Made by a program: the position numbers and the translations under genes. From an uncultured Bacillota bacterium (GTDB taxonomy: Bacteria > Bacillota_I > Bacilli_A > RFN20 > CAG-288): DNA of 64,000 nt. The notes below the pieces were generated by a model. The model made no database searches. It saw only the letters and a list, made by a program, of their open reading frames with translations, and was not told where the DNA came from. The DNA lies in assembly GCA_949282275.1 (NCBI GenBank), contig CASDOO010000033.1:15592-79591 (forward strand), in the 5' to 3' direction. Below, in pieces: positions 27,526 through 35,551 of the stretch. Within the stretch, counting starts at the first letter, position 1. Each line of letters begins with the position of its first letter.

Positions 27526-28849
27526 CGTTCTCTGCGATGCCCTGGACGACTTCGGAAGGGGTATCGTCCGTATCGACAACAAGGCCGTCTTTGTGGAAGG
27601 GCTCCTTCCCGGGGAAAGGGCGACTGTCGAGACCCGCTTCGAATACGGCAAGCTCAAGGAATGCCGTCTTTTGGCGATGAAGAACGAATCGCCCGACCGC
27701 ATCGTTCCGAAGTGTCCCTACTATCCTTCCTGCGGGGGATGCCAGATCATGCATCTTTCCTATGAGAAGCAACTGGAATTCAAGAAAAGGAAGGTGGAAC
27801 ATCTTCTTCGAAAGTTTGCAAAGATCGACATCCAGGCTGAGGACACCATCGGCCTTGACAATCCCATTCAATACCGAAACAAGGTCCAGAAGCCGATCCG
27901 CCTTGTCAAGGGAAGGATCGCCTGCGGATTCTACAAGACGAATAGCCATGATCTCGTCCCCGTGAAGGAATGCCTTGCCGAGACGCCTCTTGGGACGAAG
28001 GTGACTTCCGCCGTCATGAAGCTTCTCGGAAAGTATCGTTATCTTCCTTATGACGAGGACAGGCAGACGGGAACGATAAGGCATCTGCTGGTCAAGACAA
28101 GCAGCGCCTTTGACGAGGCCCTTGTCACGCTTGTCGTCACCGACGAGAGACTGGCCGGCAGGAAGGCGTTTGCCAAGGAACTGATGACGCTTGTCCCGGA
28201 AGTGCAGGGCGTCGTCCTCAACGTCAACAAAAGGAAGACGAACGTCATCCTGGGGGAAAAGGACATTCCTGTCTATGGAAAGACCTATATCAAGGACAGG
28301 ATCTTCGACAAGGTCTTCACCATCTCGACCCAGTCCTTCTATCAGACCAATGCCTATCAGATCGAGAAGCTCTACAAGACGGCAATCGATCTTGCCGGGC
28401 TGTGGAAGAGCGATGTCGTCCTGGATGCCTATTGCGGAACGGGAACGATCGGTCTTTCCCTGTGCGACAGGGTAAAGGAGGTCGTTGGCGTGGAAATCGT
28501 TCCTGAGGCCGTAAAGGATGCCAAGGAGAACGCAAAGAGGAACGGCGTTGAGAACGTCACCTTCCTCTGCAAGGACTGCACCGAATACATCCGCCAGGGG
28601 AAAAGGAAGTTCGACGTCGTCATGATGGACCCGCCACGCAAAGGTTCGACGCCCCTCTTTCTTGATGCCCTAAAGAAGATGGCGCCAAGGACGATCGTCT
28701 ATGTCTCCTGCGATCCCGTCACCCTCGCCAGGGACATTGCCCTACTCAAGGATAGCTATGAGCTTGAGAAGGTCGTTCCGGTCGACATGTTTCCAAACAC
28801 GTTACATGTCGAGACGGTTGTCCGTTTGTCCCAAAAACAAATCGACTGA
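27506..28849 (+). CDS. rlmD: 23S rRNA (uracil-C5)-methyltransferase, RumA/RlmD/RlmCD family
   Basis: TRAM-like N-terminus, Fe-S Cys cluster CPYYPSCGGCQIMHL, SAM motif DAYCGTGTIGL, DPPRKG, and the C-terminus ...HVETVVRLSQKQID. Confidence 0.9.
   Translation: MQKRKIDVLCDALDDFGRGIVRIDNKAVFVEGLLPGERATVETRFEYGKLKECRLLAMKNESPDRIVPKCPYYPSCGGCQIMHLSYEKQLEFKKRKVEHLLRKFAKIDIQAEDTIGLDNPIQYRNKVQKPIRLVKGRIACGFYKTNSHDLVPVKECLAETPLGTKVTSAVMKLLGKYRYLPYDEDRQTGTIRHLLVKTSSAFDEALVTLVVTDERLAGRKAFAKELMTLVPEVQGVVLNVNKRKTNVILGEKDIPVYGKTYIKDRIFDKVFTISTQSFYQTNAYQIEKLYKTAIDLAGLWKSDVVLDAYCGTGTIGLSLCDRVKEVVGVEIVPEAVKDAKENAKRNGVENVTFLCKDCTEYIRQGKRKFDVVMMDPPRKGSTPLFLDALKKMAPRTIVYVSCDPVTLARDIALLKDSYELEKVVPVDMFPNTLHVETVVRLSQKQID
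28797..28846 (+). repeat. Copy 1 of the duplicated rlmD 3'-end segment (inside the intact gene)
   Basis: acacgttacatgtcgagacggttgtccgtttgtcccaaaaacaaatcgac reappears at 29697-29739. By hand alignment, about 39 of 43 aligned positions are identical, with a 7-nt gap. Confidence 0.8.
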
Positions 28850-28984
28850 TTTGAAACGCCGGAATTCATTGTCTAATTCAAAACAGGTAGGGGAAGAACA
28901 TTCAATGAATAAACCGTTAACACCTGTAAAAATTCCAAGAAGTTTCTAGAATATATATGGGCTTACCGATGTAGGCTCACCCAC

Positions 28985-29010
28985 GGCGGGAATAAGTCCC
29001 GCCATTTTTT
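28985..29010 (+). terminator. Rho-independent terminator downstream of rlmD
   Basis: ggcggga-ataag-tcccgcc followed by a-tttttt. The T tract ends directly at the ATG of the next ORF. Confidence 0.75.
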
Positions 29011-29448
29011 ATGAATAAGAATCTCAGTATCTTTATTGACGAATCAGGCGATTTTGGTTTTAAGGATGGTGCCTCCGAATGCTATCTTCTGACTTTTGTG
29101 TTGCATGATCAGAAAAAGGATATTTCCGATAATCTTCGTCGCACTGAAAAACTTCCCGTATTTCATGGCGGTCCGTTAATCCGAAGAGAATCACCGTTTG
29201 ATCATTCGGAGGAGAAAGAAAGGCAGAGAATTTTCAGGAAGTTTTCTGCTTTTGTCTCTTTCCTTCCGATAATGGCAATTGCGTTTCAATGGAAGAAAAA
29301 GGAGTTTCATTCGGATAACTTTGCTATGGAAGCAACTATGGCAAGAAAACTCAATCAGTTTCTGATGGACAATCATGAATATTTAGACGCTTTGATTTCC
29401 TTATCATCTATTACGATAAAGGACAGGATCCGATTACTCGATTATTGA
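29011..29448 (+). pseudogene. DUF3800-like gene, probably truncated or frameshifted
   Basis: The N-terminus MNKNLSIFIDESGDFGF matches the DUF3800 signature (from memory). The ORF is only 145 aa, and recognisable continuation appears in another frame downstream. No SD is present, because the terminator T tract abuts the ATG. Confidence 0.55.
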
Positions 29449-29684
29449 ATATCTGTTTTGCCCGTCAGGACTGGGATATCGTTTCAAGCAACAGATAAGA
29501 CCAGCATCCTATCGTCTTTCTGCGAATGCCTATGCTTTTCCTATAAAGTGCATTTGACAAATGAGCTTTGATTTTCCATGGATTCCGATTGAATGCTAAG
29601 ACTGGAATCGGATATCAGTATCCGCTTTCGTTGTGTACATTTACTGCATGCTACTTCAAAAGCCCGTAAAGCCGCTGTCTACAT

Positions 29685-30017
29685 TTACTACCTGCAACAC
29701 ACGTTAAGACGGTTGTCCGTTTGCCTCAAAAACATATTGACCAACGAGTCAGGATTTCGCTTAAGGGAAATGATCTTCCTATAACCAAGGAAGTGCATAA
29801 AGCAACCTATCCTGAAATCAAGGATTACGTTATTCAGAAATATGTTGTCCAGGCGTCCAATCTGAATATTGCCCAGGCTAAAGCAAAGGTCGGTATCAGC
29901 GAAAAAGAAAGCTACAATTGGGGTGCGGGAAGACACAAACAAACTGGTCTCACCAAAGAGAAGGCGGGATACATCGAAGATGCATTCCTGAACTTCGGAA
30001 TGCTAAAAGTTCGTTGA
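29685..30017 (+). pseudogene. Displaced 3' fragment of a RumA/RlmD-type gene including the long C-terminal extension
   Basis: The translation LLPATHVKTVVRLPQKHIDQRVRISLKGNDLPITKEVHKATYPEIKDYVIQKYVVQASNLNIAQAKAKVGISEKESYNW...IEDAFLNFGMLKVR parallels ...MFPNTLHVETVVRLSQKQID of the intact gene. There is no ATG (the track uses TTG) and no upstream methyltransferase body. Confidence 0.6.
29697..29739 (+). repeat. Copy 2 of the duplicated rlmD 3'-end segment
   Basis: acacgttaagacggttgtccgtttgcctcaaaaacatattgac. See copy 1 at 28797-28846. Confidence 0.8.
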
Positions 30018-30042
30018 ACACTGCCACTTCCGCAAAAGAACT

Positions 30043-30192
30043 ATTTTTTTCGGACAAAGAATCTCAATATCTGTATTGATGAAACAGGTGATTTTGGTTT
30101 TAATCATGATGCATCTGCATTTTATATCCCCCATCTTGCGTTACATGACCTAAAAAGGATTTTCCGATAACCTTCGTCGAATCGAAAAACTC
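30043..30192 (+). pseudogene. Second, degenerate DUF3800-like 5' fragment
   Basis: It aligns with 29004-29156 at roughly 70% identity by eye. It would encode KNLNICIDETGDFGFNHDAS..., versus KNLSIFIDESGDFGFKDGAS in copy 1. It lacks the ATG and carries a 1-nt deletion that creates an early stop. Confidence 0.6.
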
Positions 30193-30305
30193 CATTATTG
30201 ATCTATCTAAAGACGATAAATCGTAAATCAGTGAAGTGACTTGATATCGTCACGTCTGGCAAGGATTGCTGATAAAGAAGAGAATTACAGGGAAGGACAT
30301 CGCTA

Positions 30306-30758
30306 ATGAAAATATCGGAACTGAAGGAAAGAACGCCGTCAATGATTGAACAGTTGACCGCAGTATGGGAGAGCTCCGTTCGCGCAACGCACCATTTCCT
30401 CATGGAAGAGGAAATATCGCAAATCCGTCAATATGTTCCGCAGGCCCTTGCTGCCGTTGAACGCCTTGTTGTCTACAGGGACGACACGGACATTCCCGTT
30501 GCCTTCCTGGGCATCGAAGGAAAGAAGGTGGAGATGCTTTTTGTCCAGGCGGAAAGCCGGGGGAAGGGAATCGAAAAGAAGCTTCTTCCCCATGCGATGG
30601 ATGTCTTTCATATCGAAGAGCCCACAGTCAATGTGGAAAATCCCCAGGCCACCGGATTTTATGAGCACATGGGTTTCCATGCCGCGGGACGTTCGGAAAA
30701 GGACGAACAAGGCGATAATCATCCCATCTTGTTCATGAAGAGGAACACGGGAAACTAG
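30306..30758 (+). CDS. GNAT family N-acetyltransferase
   Basis: 150 aa with MLFVQAESRGKGIEKKLL (R/Q-x-x-G-x-G/A acetyl-CoA motif) and FYEHMGF. Confidence 0.85.
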   Translation: MKISELKERTPSMIEQLTAVWESSVRATHHFLMEEEISQIRQYVPQALAAVERLVVYRDDTDIPVAFLGIEGKKVEMLFVQAESRGKGIEKKLLPHAMDVFHIEEPTVNVENPQATGFYEHMGFHAAGRSEKDEQGDNHPILFMKRNTGN

Positions 30759-30936
30759 CAAAGTCTTGCCATCGGCGTTGGGCCATGGTGTCGACTGGCG
30801 ACATTTTTGGCCATGTGTCTTTTATATGGAAATTTGGAAAAGCGCTTTCAAACTACCATTTGGCCTATTTCCCCATATTTGGAAAACTTCTGGGAACCAT
30901 ATTCCAATATAGTATTGCCATAAAAAGGAGGTTCCC

Positions 30937-33711
30937 ATGAAATCCAAGAGAATCGTTCTCCCGTTGGTTTCCTTGCTGTCCATTGTCCTTTTGGCATCCT
31001 GCGCCACCGAGACAAGCTCCACTTCTGCGACGAGTTCTGCGACATCGACTACGACAGCACCCGAGACAACGACCGAGCAACCGTCTTCGACGACAGCCGA
31101 TACGACGACTACTCCGCCTTCATCCACGACAACGACGACCACGACCGATACGCCTTCTTCTCCGACTACTACCCCGACGGAGCCATCGACGCCTATTGCC
31201 GTCGAATGGGAAGTCAAGCTTGTCCCTGTCACGGGCGTTACCCTTACGCTGGATCGTCCCGATGGCAAGTATGAGGAAGGCGAGATTGTCACCATTACGG
31301 CCCGTGTCACCGACGAAGGCAAGATCTTCGAAGGCTTCGAATCCGAGCAGGTTGACGACATTCCCCACGAGAAGGGTCTTGGTGAGACCTACACTGGCAC
31401 GTTTATAATGCCTGCCGGCGACGTCACGATTACGGCAAAGACGACGGACCGCGTCCAGTACAAGGTTACGGATGTCCGCCTCATCGGCGAGATGGCGCAA
31501 GGCTGGACGGCTTCCATCAAGAGCGGCGATACCTACTATGGCGGAAGCGAAGAGACGCTGACCATCGAAGGCGATGGTGTCTATTTGGGCGTCGAAACGA
31601 ATGTCCATGTCTATGTCAACGGCGTTTACTATGCCACGGATTACGACAACCGGAACAAATGCTTCGAGGCAGAAATCGTCCTTCCCGAAGAAGATGCCGA
31701 AATCCTTGTCATCCACACGCAGAACAGCTTCTCAAGTTCCGGTGCCCTGGTTTCCCTCGTCGAATCGGAGCACGTTCAGCTCTTGGGCTTCAATCCCGAA
31801 TTCCGATACACTGGCCTGACGGCCTATTTCCGCGTCGATGACGGCTATCAAGTCGGTGACTATGGAAGCGTCCAGTATCGTCTGGATGGTGGCGAATGGC
31901 AGACGATTGCCCCTTATCAGTATCCGACCTATCTCGATTGGGGCAAGCTGACGATTGGCTCGTTTGCCCAGGCAAAGAAGGTCGAAATCAAGATTGCCAC
32001 GCAACAGAAGGAAAACGCGGACGTTCAAGTCACTTACGAAGGCCTTGATCAAATTGCCTTTGAATCCATCAACGAGAGCGACCCTGGCATCTTTGATGCC
32101 TTGCCGTCTTCCTTCCCTGCCGAGACGGAAATTACCATTTCGGGCTTGGCCTACACCGGTGATGCGGAACATTATCTCCAGAATGTCACGGTGGAAGGCG
32201 CCTATTACTCCAACTACAGTAGCGGAAAACTGAACTTCCGGACGGGAAAAGATCCCATCAAGATTTCTTTCGTCGTTACGGAATTGGTCGACATCAAGTT
32301 CGAATACAGTCAAGAAGATGTGCTTGATGCCCGTGCAAGCGTATATGACTCTTCCATCTATGGGCAGAGGGAAATCACGGCCGCATGCCCTGGCGATAGT
32401 TTCCAGGTCGATGCAAAGCCTGCGCCAGGCAAGATCGTCTCAGGCGTGACAATTGATGGCGAGGAAGCCAGCTTCTCCTCCAGCATGTACAATTCCACGA
32501 CAGGGTTCTATTCCTTCAACGGCATCACTATGCCAGAGGCCGAAGGAAGCATAACCATCGGATTCACCGTCGTGAACGCCTATAGCATTACCGTGACGCC
32601 TCCTGCCGGTGAGACGATTCCTGGAGAGTTGAGCATCACTGGCGGCGTCGACAAGGCCCGTCAGGAAGGCGAGAAAATCAACTTTGAGTTCCAGCCTTCT
32701 GCCTCTCGGTTCTATGCCACCGCCATCACTTGCGTGAACATTCCCGAACTCGAAATCGATTTCGATCCCGAGACTCAGTCGGGTAGCTTCACCATGCCGG
32801 CCCAGGATGTCGAACTGACCTTCGAATATGATGAATACGAGAATGTCGATGTCGAGATTGCCGTCGACAACCCCAACATTTGGCCGACCATTTCGACGGA
32901 AAACGGCGATTTGATCCAGGATCCTGGCGTGGTGAACTTCCTCGTCGGCGACAGGCTGAGAATCAATGCGCGCTTTGATTCCGCAAGCGAGGATGCCCAA
33001 ACCAAGGATATCGCCGCCTTTGTCTACACGACGGAAAAGCCTGAGGGCGAGGAAATCGCGCTTTCCTCCTATACATACGGAAACTATGGCTTCGAGCTCA
33101 CAATCGACAAGACCGTCACGAAGATCGAGCTCCGTGCCATCGACAAGAAGGTCTTCAACGTGGAAGTCGCCGATGAGACCGAAGGCGCTGTCAAGCTGAG
33201 CTATGGCATTGTCGAGGACTACACGTCTGTTCCTGTCGATTCGCTGGATGGAAGGCTGAGCATCGGAACCCAGTTCACCATCGACGTGGACGATAGCGCC
33301 GTCCCCGAAGGCAAGCTTGCCGTGGTCAAGGTCATTGACGTCGCTAGCGGTACAGAGATCGAGAAGGATTGGGAAGGCTATTACACCGCGCTTGGCGACA
33401 TCCGCATCGAAATCAGCCTCCAGGAGATTGCGACCGTTTCCTGGAATGCCATCGGAATGGATGGATCCGTTGCCGGAACGGTAACTGCCCAGGATGTCCG
33501 TTACTTCTTCACGGACGAGTCAACGACTTCGGCGAGCGTTCCTTCCGGAAGCGAAGTCACGATCGAGGTCATGTATGGCCATGTCCAGGCAACCATTACC
33601 ATCGATGGGGCTTCGGAAGTCATCGATCTGGATGCCTCCGATTGGGAGCCCAAGTCCCACACCTTCACCGCCACCGGAAACGTCACGATCCTTTTCGAAG
33701 TCATCGAGTAG
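30937..33711 (+). CDS. Large surface lipoprotein with a Ser/Thr-rich linker and repeated beta-sandwich-like modules
   Basis: Signal peptide plus lipobox MKSKRIVLPLVSLLSIVLLASC. About 70 aa of T/S/P-rich linker follow. Recurrent module ends are seen: FIMPAGDVTITAKT, ITMPEAEGSITIGFT and FTMPAQDVELTFEY. AAAAGGAGG lies upstream. Confidence 0.85.
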   Translation: MKSKRIVLPLVSLLSIVLLASCATETSSTSATSSATSTTTAPETTTEQPSSTTADTTTTPPSSTTTTTTTDTPSSPTTTPTEPSTPIAVEWEVKLVPVTGVTLTLDRPDGKYEEGEIVTITARVTDEGKIFEGFESEQVDDIPHEKGLGETYTGTFIMPAGDVTITAKTTDRVQYKVTDVRLIGEMAQGWTASIKSGDTYYGGSEETLTIEGDGVYLGVETNVHVYVNGVYYATDYDNRNKCFEAEIVLPEEDAEILVIHTQNSFSSSGALVSLVESEHVQLLGFNPEFRYTGLTAYFRVDDGYQVGDYGSVQYRLDGGEWQTIAPYQYPTYLDWGKLTIGSFAQAKKVEIKIATQQKENADVQVTYEGLDQIAFESINESDPGIFDALPSSFPAETEITISGLAYTGDAEHYLQNVTVEGAYYSNYSSGKLNFRTGKDPIKISFVVTELVDIKFEYSQEDVLDARASVYDSSIYGQREITAACPGDSFQVDAKPAPGKIVSGVTIDGEEASFSSSMYNSTTGFYSFNGITMPEAEGSITIGFTVVNAYSITVTPPAGETIPGELSITGGVDKARQEGEKINFEFQPSASRFYATAITCVNIPELEIDFDPETQSGSFTMPAQDVELTFEYDEYENVDVEIAVDNPNIWPTISTENGDLIQDPGVVNFLVGDRLRINARFDSASEDAQTKDIAAFVYTTEKPEGEEIALSSYTYGNYGFELTIDKTVTKIELRAIDKKVFNVEVADETEGAVKLSYGIVEDYTSVPVDSLDGRLSIGTQFTIDVDDSAVPEGKLAVVKVIDVASGTEIEKDWEGYYTALGDIRIEISLQEIATVSWNAIGMDGSVAGTVTAQDVRYFFTDESTTSASVPSGSEVTIEVMYGHVQATITIDGASEVIDLDASDWEPKSHTFTATGNVTILFEVIE

Positions 33712-33732
33712 TCTTCGTCCTCTTGTAAGCAA

Positions 33733-33765
33733 AGCCTCTTTCCATCCTCGGGAAGGGGCTTTTTC
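33733..33765 (+). terminator. Terminator of the lipoprotein gene
   Basis: An 11-bp stem 33733-33743 / 33750-33760 (two G-U pairs) with a 6-nt loop, followed by ttttt. Confidence 0.6.
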
Positions 33766-33769
33766 CATG

Positions 33770-33794
33770 AAAAAAGGAGACCCTTGAGGTCTCC
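33770..33794 (-). terminator. Terminator of corA
   Basis: On the minus strand, ggagacc-tcaag-ggtctcc is followed by tttttt, starting 4 nt after the corA stop. Confidence 0.75.
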
Positions 33795-33797
33795 GCT

Positions 33798-34778
33798 TCA
33801 GTTCTTCTTGTTTGGCTTGTTTCGTGTGAGGTAGAGGAGGATGGCACCGCCGATTATGGCAAGGAGGAAGGCGATGACGACCGTGATCCAGAAGCCGCCT
33901 GGGATGTCCGTCAGGGGAATGTCCTTGAAGTTCATGCCGAAGAAGGAGGCGATGAGGGTCGGGATGGAGATGACGATGGTGATGACGGCCAAGGTCTTCA
34001 TGACGATGTTGAGGTTGTTGTTGATGATGGAGGGGAAGGCATCCATCATGCCGGAGAGAAGATCGGAGTAGATTTGGCACATTTCAAGAGCCTGGTCGAG
34101 TTCGACGGCCGTGTCTTCCATCAGGTCGAAGTCGTTCTCGAACTTCTTGTAGCTCGGGGACTTGAGCAGACGGTTGAGGACGTTCCTGTCCGCATGGAGG
34201 GAGGTCGAGAAGTAGACCAGGGACTTGTTGATGGCCATCAGCTCGAAGAGTTCCTTGTTTCGCATGGAGGAATGGAGCCGTTTCTCGATGTCGTGGGTAT
34301 GGGAGTCGATCCGTCTCAGGCAGACGATGAACTCCCTGGACATCTGGTAGATGAGAAGCAGGGCAAGGCGGACATGCTTCTGCGGCTCGACGAGGACGTT
34401 GCGGGCAAGGAGGTTGTCGATGAGGTGCGTGTTTGGCTGGCCGATCGTGATGAAGTAGTCCTCGTTGTAGGCGATGACGAAAGGCTCGGTCGTATAGCTT
34501 TCCTCGTCCGTCCCTTCTTCCTTGGCCTGGGTCGGGACGTCGATGACGATCAGGACGGAGCCGCTCTCGTTGTCGATACGGGCCGTTTCCTCTTCGTCGA
34601 GGGCCGTGGACAGGAAATGGAGCGGAATGCCCGTCTTCGCACTGACGGCCGTCAGCATGGAGGCATCGTTCTGGTCGAGGCTGACCCACGTCCCTTTCTC
34701 GAGCGGGGTCGCGCTGTCGATTCCGTCGACGGTCTCGACGACGAGTCTTTTGTCCTGTTCCCTGTAGATTCTGGTCAT
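33798..34778 (-). CDS. corA: Magnesium/cobalt transporter CorA
   Basis: 326 aa with the FFGMNF (GMN) signature before the last TM helix, and two C-terminal TM helices. Confidence 0.92.
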   Translation of the reverse strand: MTRIYREQDKRLVVETVDGIDSATPLEKGTWVSLDQNDASMLTAVSAKTGIPLHFLSTALDEEETARIDNESGSVLIVIDVPTQAKEEGTDEESYTTEPFVIAYNEDYFITIGQPNTHLIDNLLARNVLVEPQKHVRLALLLIYQMSREFIVCLRRIDSHTHDIEKRLHSSMRNKELFELMAINKSLVYFSTSLHADRNVLNRLLKSPSYKKFENDFDLMEDTAVELDQALEMCQIYSDLLSGMMDAFPSIINNNLNIVMKTLAVITIVISIPTLIASFFGMNFKDIPLTDIPGGFWITVVIAFLLAIIGGAILLYLTRNKPNKKN

Positions 34779-34844
34779 TGCCCGTATATTCTAGAACAAA
34801 AGGACGACTTTAAGGAACAAGTTTTTTCGAAAAAGAGGCCATGG

Positions 34845-34866
34845 AAAAAGTCCTCCGAAGAGGACT
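34845..34866 (-). terminator. Terminator of the (615-aa gene)-lemA operon
   Basis: On the minus strand, agtcctc-ttcg-gaggact is followed by tttt, 14 nt after the lemA stop. Confidence 0.65.
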
Positions 34867-34879
34867 TGAAGGCTGTTTC

Positions 34880-35548
34880 CTAGAAGAAGGTTCCCCGCGC
34901 CTTTTCCTTGATCTCGGCAGAGGTGGAGAAGGGGATGCGGGTCGTGTATCCCTGCTCGGCGGCGACGATCATCTTCGTCGGCCAGGCCTGGATGTCGGCG
35001 TTCCACTTGTAGACGGTGTCGTTGTAGAGCTCCCTGGCGGCGGTGATTTCCTTCTGGAGGTAGGAATTCTGCTGGAGGCACTGCTCGATCTCGTCATGGG
35101 CCTTGAGGTCCGGATACTGCTCGAAGGCGACGTTGACCTGTCCGAAGAGCTTGTCGATGTTGGCGCTGGTGGCGTTTCTCTCGGCATCGGAGCCGGGATT
35201 GCCGGCATTGGCCCTGTAGGCGGCAACCTTCGTCATCGTATCCTTGTCGAGGTCGATGGCCTTGTCCAGGAGCTTGGCGGCATTCTGGAGGATGACGACT
35301 CGCTGCTCGAGGTAGTTGTCGATCTGGGAGGCATCGTGCTGGATCTTCTGCTGAAGCTGGCGGAGGTAGGTCCTGGCATTGATCTTGAGGAAGAGGAAGA
35401 CGATGCCGGGAATGATGAGAATCCAGAGGAGGACCTGGAAGATGGTGGAACCGACGCCGACCTTGACGGGAATCTGCTTCTCGATGACGTTGACGTCCCT
35501 ACCCTGCTCGTTGACCGGACCGGTCATTTCGTCCAATTCGTTGGCCAT
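34880..35548 (-). CDS. lemA: LemA family membrane protein
   Basis: 222 aa with a single N-terminal TM. It shows QQKIQHDASQIDNYLEQRVVILQNAAKLL... and ...ARELYNDTVYKWNADIQAWPTKMIV, typical of LemA. Confidence 0.88.
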   Translation of the reverse strand: MANELDEMTGPVNEQGRDVNVIEKQIPVKVGVGSTIFQVLLWILIIPGIVFLFLKINARTYLRQLQQKIQHDASQIDNYLEQRVVILQNAAKLLDKAIDLDKDTMTKVAAYRANAGNPGSDAERNATSANIDKLFGQVNVAFEQYPDLKAHDEIEQCLQQNSYLQKEITAARELYNDTVYKWNADIQAWPTKMIVAAEQGYTTRIPFSTSAEIKEKARGTFF

Positions 35549-35551
35549 GGA

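Larger units (their letters stand above)
28847..29696. mobile_element. Putative inserted segment or degenerate integrative-element remnant between the two rlmD 3'-end copies (no recombinase present)
   Basis: It is bracketed by the direct repeat 28797-28846 / 29697-29739. It is visibly AT-richer than the flanks (by eye, not computed) and carries only a decayed DUF3800-like gene. Confidence 0.35.

Noticed and set aside
28955-29004. tRNA-like 3' half (possible tRNA att site) just before the DUF3800 ORF
   Set aside because: The two hairpins (gcttac-cgat-gtaggc and ggcggga-ataag-tcccgcc) do not fit anticodon/T-arm geometry: a 4-nt loop, no TTCGA-type T-loop and no acceptor strand. The second hairpin is better explained as the rlmD terminator.
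34779-34800. Leaderless corA mRNA (TAGAAT box 9 nt before the ATG, no SD)
   Set aside because: The spacing is slightly too long for a TSS at the ATG and the -35 region is poor. The evidence is insufficient to report it as a feature.
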